Origin: a virus
Length of the DNA: 53,878 nt
IMG/VR virus record: IMGVR_UViG_3300013232_000048
Strand: one strand, 5' to 3'
Part shown: piece after piece, positions 50,111 through 53,878 of the stretch
How positions within the stretch are numbered: position 1 is the stretch's first letter
How the letters are laid out: the number at the start of each line of letters is the position of its first letter
The notes under the pieces: generated by a model
What the model saw: only the letters and a program-made list of their open reading frames with translations
Told to the model about the DNA's origin: nothing
Database searches by the model: none
Program-made: the position numbers and the translations under genes

Positions 50111-50518
50111 GTGACTTACACATCAAGTGTAGGTTCACATAATCAAATGAGAATCAAAAACAAGTACCTCCGCAATCGTGCATTCCGTACTAAGTACTGG
50201 AATCGCATTCGTGCAAAATCACATCCTTACGAAACCATGATGCCTTACAACTGGCATTTTGGTCCGTTGTATTACGAACATCTCGGGCAAGACACCGAGG
50301 ATCAAATCAAACGCCACTTTGAGTGGATTACCGAGCAAGCCCGTGCGCTTGAAAACGGTAGCCATTATGGAATGTTTCACGCAACCGCTAGGTTTCGTCG
50401 TACCATTGATCGTGAGAAAAAAGCCAAGGTCCGTGTAGCAATGCAGAAAATTCGTAGTGGTGATTACGATATTGAAATCCCCCAATTCAAAAAAGATGCC
50501 GATTGGCTTTATTTTTGA
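50111..50518 (+). CDS. hypothetical protein
   Basis: 135-aa ORF. Confidence 0.45.
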   Translation: MTYTSSVGSHNQMRIKNKYLRNRAFRTKYWNRIRAKSHPYETMMPYNWHFGPLYYEHLGQDTEDQIKRHFEWITEQARALENGSHYGMFHATARFRRTIDREKKAKVRVAMQKIRSGDYDIEIPQFKKDADWLYF

Positions 50519-50520
50519 CC

Positions 50521-50548
50521 TTGACATTCAATCAAACTCTGCTATAAT
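50521..50548 (+). promoter_or_regulatory. consensus sigma70 promoter (TTGACA-N16-TATAAT)
   Basis: TTGACAttcaatcaaactctgcTATAAT, immediately upstream of the methyltransferase gene. Confidence 0.55.
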
Positions 50549-50557
50549 GTGCGTCCG

Positions 50558-51028
50558 ATGAATGATGTACATTATAGCAGTGCTTCCAACGAATGGGAAA
50601 CCCCGAAATCATTATTTGATGAATATGATGCCACTTATCACTTTCAGTTAGATGCCGCTGCTACCAAAGAAAACGCACTTTGCCAATCATTTTTCACCAT
50701 TGAAGACGATGCATTAACCAAGGACTGGTCTATTTATAGATCGGTATGGTTAAATCCTCCTTATGGTAGAATTATTGGAAAGTTTATGAAGAAGGCGTGG
50801 GAGGAAAGTGAGAAAGGATGCACGGTGGTTTGTCTTATACCCGCACGGACTGATACCAAGTATTTTCATGATTATTGCTTGAAATATGGAAAGGTAAAAT
50901 TTCTGCGGGGCAGGTTAAAGTTTATTAATCGTGCGCTTCCTTCTTATCGGAGTGATGGCAATTTCAAATCTTCACCGGCACCATTTCCAAGCTGTATTGT
51001 AGTATTTAACGGCAAATCAGAAAGTTAA
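50558..51028 (+). CDS. phage Dam-like DNA N6-adenine methyltransferase
   Basis: The N-terminal EWETPKSLFDEYD...FQLDAAAT and the motif IV WLNPPYG match the phage N6-adenine methyltransferase family. The track start 50549 is GTG, and ATG 50558 is used here. Confidence 0.8.
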   Translation: MNDVHYSSASNEWETPKSLFDEYDATYHFQLDAAATKENALCQSFFTIEDDALTKDWSIYRSVWLNPPYGRIIGKFMKKAWEESEKGCTVVCLIPARTDTKYFHDYCLKYGKVKFLRGRLKFINRALPSYRSDGNFKSSPAPFPSCIVVFNGKSES

Positions 51029-51032
51029 ACAT

Positions 51033-51386
51033 ATGACAAACGAAGAAAAGTTTCAAGGTATTATTGAGCGAATGAAAAAGTTAGGTGAGGATTTGGACCC
51101 CCATCACGTATCAGTAATGGTTATTATTGGATATTTGGATGCTCTTCAAAAGAAAGGGCTTGTTGAATGTGCTTTCAACATGACACCAGTCGGTAATAAA
51201 GTAATGGCCATTTGCGATGAATTTGAATGGAAGCCATCCGACGTAGAAGTACGCAACTTTGTCAATGAAATGGTTGACGAACAAGATCGTCCAGCATTTA
51301 GTTATATGATTAAGCGGTATCGAGATGACCGTGAAGGACTTTTAGATGAAGTTGTAAAATTCCGTGAAGGAAACGTAGAAGAATGA
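51033..51386 (+). CDS. hypothetical protein
   Basis: 117-aa ORF. Confidence 0.45.
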   Translation: MTNEEKFQGIIERMKKLGEDLDPHHVSVMVIIGYLDALQKKGLVECAFNMTPVGNKVMAICDEFEWKPSDVEVRNFVNEMVDEQDRPAFSYMIKRYRDDREGLLDEVVKFREGNVEE

Positions 51387-51982
51387 AAAAATTTTATGCT
51401 GAATTGTTGGCGTTATTTTTATCAATAGCAACGCTGTTTGCTGTTACGTTAGCATGGGATCCTAGTCCAGATGACAGAGTATCGGGGTATGCTATTCGTC
51501 ATGGGTTACAAAGTAGTAACTATAATATGAGAGTAGATGTCGGTAATATAACACAGGCTACTATTACGAATTTGACATCTGGCATCACCTATTTCTTCGT
51601 CGCTACAGCGTACACAACAGATGGATTAGAAAGTCTCCCCTCCAATGAAGTTTCTTATACTGTTCCAACAGGCCCGCCTCCAAAAATAACCTATTTGGGA
51701 ACCCGCCTTGAGTGGTGGACCAATATGGCATTTATTACTCGCCAAAATTTCAACTTGAAATCTTTTACGAACCCTCCAGATGGACAGTTTTATCGATCAT
51801 TTTTGATATTAACTAATCGTTGGAATAGCCCAATCAAAATTGTTGATTTGAAAACCCGATTGGAATGGTGGACTAACATGGCATATGTCAACCGGCAAGT
51901 TTTTGATTTGAGATCGTTTACCAATCCACCCAATCCTCAATTTTACAGGTCATTTTTGGTCATAACCAATAATTCATTTTGA
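51383..51982 (+). CDS. FN3-domain protein with a C-terminal tandem repeat
   Basis: N-terminal hydrophobic anchor. WDPSPDDRVSGYAIRHG...TITNLTSGITYFFVATAYTTDGLES is a fibronectin type III pattern. It is followed by two copies of TRLEWWTNMA-x-RQ-x-F-x-L-x-SFTNPP-x-QFYRSFL. Confidence 0.6.
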   Translation: MKKFYAELLALFLSIATLFAVTLAWDPSPDDRVSGYAIRHGLQSSNYNMRVDVGNITQATITNLTSGITYFFVATAYTTDGLESLPSNEVSYTVPTGPPPKITYLGTRLEWWTNMAFITRQNFNLKSFTNPPDGQFYRSFLILTNRWNSPIKIVDLKTRLEWWTNMAYVNRQVFDLRSFTNPPNPQFYRSFLVITNNSF

Positions 51983-52121
51983 CCTATGATATATTTGTGG
52001 ATTTCTTTGATACTTTTAGCGGCAGTGGGGATATTTATCCTGGTGAGGGAAATCTTAAAGAAAAGAAAAGAAGCACGCAGCTTAACATTTAAGATTGGTC
52101 CCATAACCCTAAAATAAACAT

Positions 52122-52430
52122 ATGTTAACTTTAACGATAGAACAAAAAGCAAAAGTAACCGTAAAACCCTTAACGGCCAAAGGTAATCCAGCACCTGTTG
52201 ATGGAGCACCAGGTTGGAGTATTTCTGATCCTGCCGTAGCAAGTTTGGTTGTCGCTCCTGATGGAATGTCAGCCGATGTTGTTGCTGCTACTGCCGGTGT
52301 TGTAACTGTTACTGTTGCAGCAGATGCCGATTTGACCGGTGGTGTGAGACAGATTACTGGAATACTTGATGTAACCGTTGTAGCAGCCGAAGCCGCCACA
52401 TTGGTACTTGAAGCTGGCGTCCCAGTCTAA
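52122..52430 (+). CDS. Big_2-like (bacterial Ig-like) domain protein
   Basis: 102 aa. Strands VTVKPLTAKGNPAPVDGAPGWSISDPAVASLVVAPDGMSADVVAATAGVVTVTV are typical of Ig-like group 2 domains. Confidence 0.55.
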   Translation: MLTLTIEQKAKVTVKPLTAKGNPAPVDGAPGWSISDPAVASLVVAPDGMSADVVAATAGVVTVTVAADADLTGGVRQITGILDVTVVAAEAATLVLEAGVPV

Positions 52431-52435
52431 TATAA

Positions 52436-52687
52436 ATGAATATTCATTGGGCCGAACTCATTCAAGACAGGAAAGGTAAGGTTTCTAAATCTGCCGTAGC
52501 GTTTCTTGCATGGATGGTGTTTCTTATGACATGTATCGGTTACGTTACATTCAAAGAGAATAAACTGGCTGATCTTCCAGAACCATATGTTTACCTTACA
52601 GTGGTTTTATGTGGAACATATACCGCTCGTAGGTTTTTGGATGATAAGTTTGGAATTATACGGACAGCAGATAAGCCGCCCGTGTAA
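52436..52687 (+). CDS. small membrane protein
   Basis: 83 aa with two hydrophobic segments. Confidence 0.4.
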   Translation: MNIHWAELIQDRKGKVSKSAVAFLAWMVFLMTCIGYVTFKENKLADLPEPYVYLTVVLCGTYTARRFLDDKFGIIRTADKPPV

Positions 52688-52743
52688 CCAATATCTACTG
52701 TAACGGAAGTACCAAGCATCATTGAAGATTCCACAAAAACTCC

Positions 52744-52771
52744 TTGACATATTCACAACTTGTGGTATGCT
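52744..52771 (+). promoter_or_regulatory. sigma70-like promoter with no ORF downstream
   Basis: TTGACAtattcacaacttgtggTATGCT. The next about 680 nt have no convincing ORF. Confidence 0.4.
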
Positions 52772-53457
52772 CCTTGTAGTTCTTTGAGATTTTGTCGTAA
52801 GCGATCTTACGCTGGTGATAAAACCAATTTTTTGACGTATCATTGGTTTGAATTACAGTCGAAGCACAACGTCGTCAGACTGTAAATTACTAGAGGAAGT
52901 TCGAGCCTCCAAAGCAGATGATTGGAAGGGTGCGTGAACACCCGTTAAAACCACAAATTAGGAGTAACCCAAACAGAGCAAAGAGTAGTGCTTCTCGTTG
53001 TAACGCTCGGGTTGGGGCACCCATTACGGGCATACATGTGACGTGTATGAGATAAATGTAAGAATAGAACAGAATCTCGGCTACGGCTGCGACAATTATG
53101 AGATAGGTGCCGAAAGGCAGCGTTGGTGACGCCCCCTGACAGAAATGTAGAATCACTACCTATCTCATCAATTTATGAAAGTAAACGTTAGATTTTTTGA
53201 CTGGCATTTTCAAATAGATAAAAAGTGGAAAATTGCCTTAGTCAAAAACAGTTCGTATCATTCCAAGTGTGGCTATCCACACGGTTTGTGGTGTGTTTAC
53301 AAACTATGGAATTGGGTTTAATTTTGTGGGGATGTCGTTCAACAGTAGGATGGGAAATTCGCAATTTTCAGATCGGAGTGCGACTCTCCGCATCTCCACC
53401 ATTTAGAAAAGATTGTTCATTCTTTTCCCATTCTCTCCACTATTTATTGGTATATGA

Positions 53458-53878
53458 AAATGATACCTGTAACTTGTCACAATTGCCTTAAAACATTTGA
53501 GCGATCCAAAAAAGAAGTTGATCGTCAAATACGAAATAATCGCCCATATTTCTTTTGTTCATTATCCTGTTCTACTTCGTCAACTAAAACGCTTTATACA
53601 AAAACAAAATCAAGTTGTTTATTTTGTCATAAAGAATTTGAGACAACTACTCATAAAAAAGCAAGAAAATGTTGTAGTAAAAACTGTGCAGTAAAATATG
53701 CACAGTCCAAAGTAGATATAATAAAACACGTCGAAGCATTACAAAAAATAATCCATCCTCCTAAAACATTTCCAAAAAATAAAGAATTTGTATGTGTAAT
53801 GTGTGGAAACAAGTTTTTACATTTAATGAAAAATAACGTGGATGTGATAAAAACTTGCTCCAAAATATGCTATTCTAA
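53458..53878 (+). CDS. Cys-rich zinc-ribbon repeat protein, partial (runs off the window); resembles N-terminal modules of the local HNH endonucleases
   Basis: Frame starting ATG 53458 is MIPVTCHNCLKTFERSKK...FFCSLSCSTSS...CLFCHKEF...KCCSKNCAVKYAQSK...CVMCGNKF...KTCSKICYS with no stop before the window end. It compares with FCSQLCASKA...YCSKVCQQAF in the HNH gene at 28669. Confidence 0.45.

Noticed and set aside
1-53878. CRISPR array, integrase or recombinase, capsid, portal, terminase or RNA polymerase genes
   Set aside because: I looked for spaced direct repeats, tyrosine or serine recombinase motifs, and the NADFDGD RNAP motif, and found none. Absence by eye is weak evidence.

Overview
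This AT-rich window (about 40% GC) looks like part of a very large phage-like genome, or a large mobile element next to a host ssrA gene. Almost everything is on the + strand; a small minus-strand operon lies at 0.1-4 kb. Consensus sigma70-type promoters (TTGACA-N17-TATAAT-like) recur throughout. The main content, all inferred by eye:

- **tmRNA.** A tmRNA-like gene sits at 5381-5785.
- **Giant gene.** A 9.7-kb gene at 5836-15498 encodes a 3220-aa protein made of about 100-aa repeats.
- **Accessory enzyme island (15.8-25.1 kb).** It encodes an ADP-ribosylglycohydrolase, two SLOG/DprA-like Rossmann proteins, an ATP-grasp-like enzyme, a RelA/SpoT-type HD small alarmone hydrolase, an outer-membrane beta-barrel protein, and many unknowns.
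- **tRNA array (about 23.1-49.7 kb).** Roughly 50 tRNA or tRNA-like genes are interleaved with at least 8 HNH endonucleases and one GIY-YIG endonuclease. Many of these tRNAs have non-canonical T-loops, odd anticodon/body combinations or 40-70-nt insertions. A covarying inverted-repeat element starting TTTAAGAT follows several of them.
- **Vault-like protein.** An 851-aa major-vault-protein (MVP) homolog is at 41668-44223.
- **Other genes.** A phage Dam-like N6-adenine methyltransferase, FN3- and Big_2-like domain proteins, and several membrane or secreted proteins.

No CRISPR array, integrase or recognisable virion structural gene is visible. Anticodon calls are manual and need tRNAscan-SE or ARAGORN.
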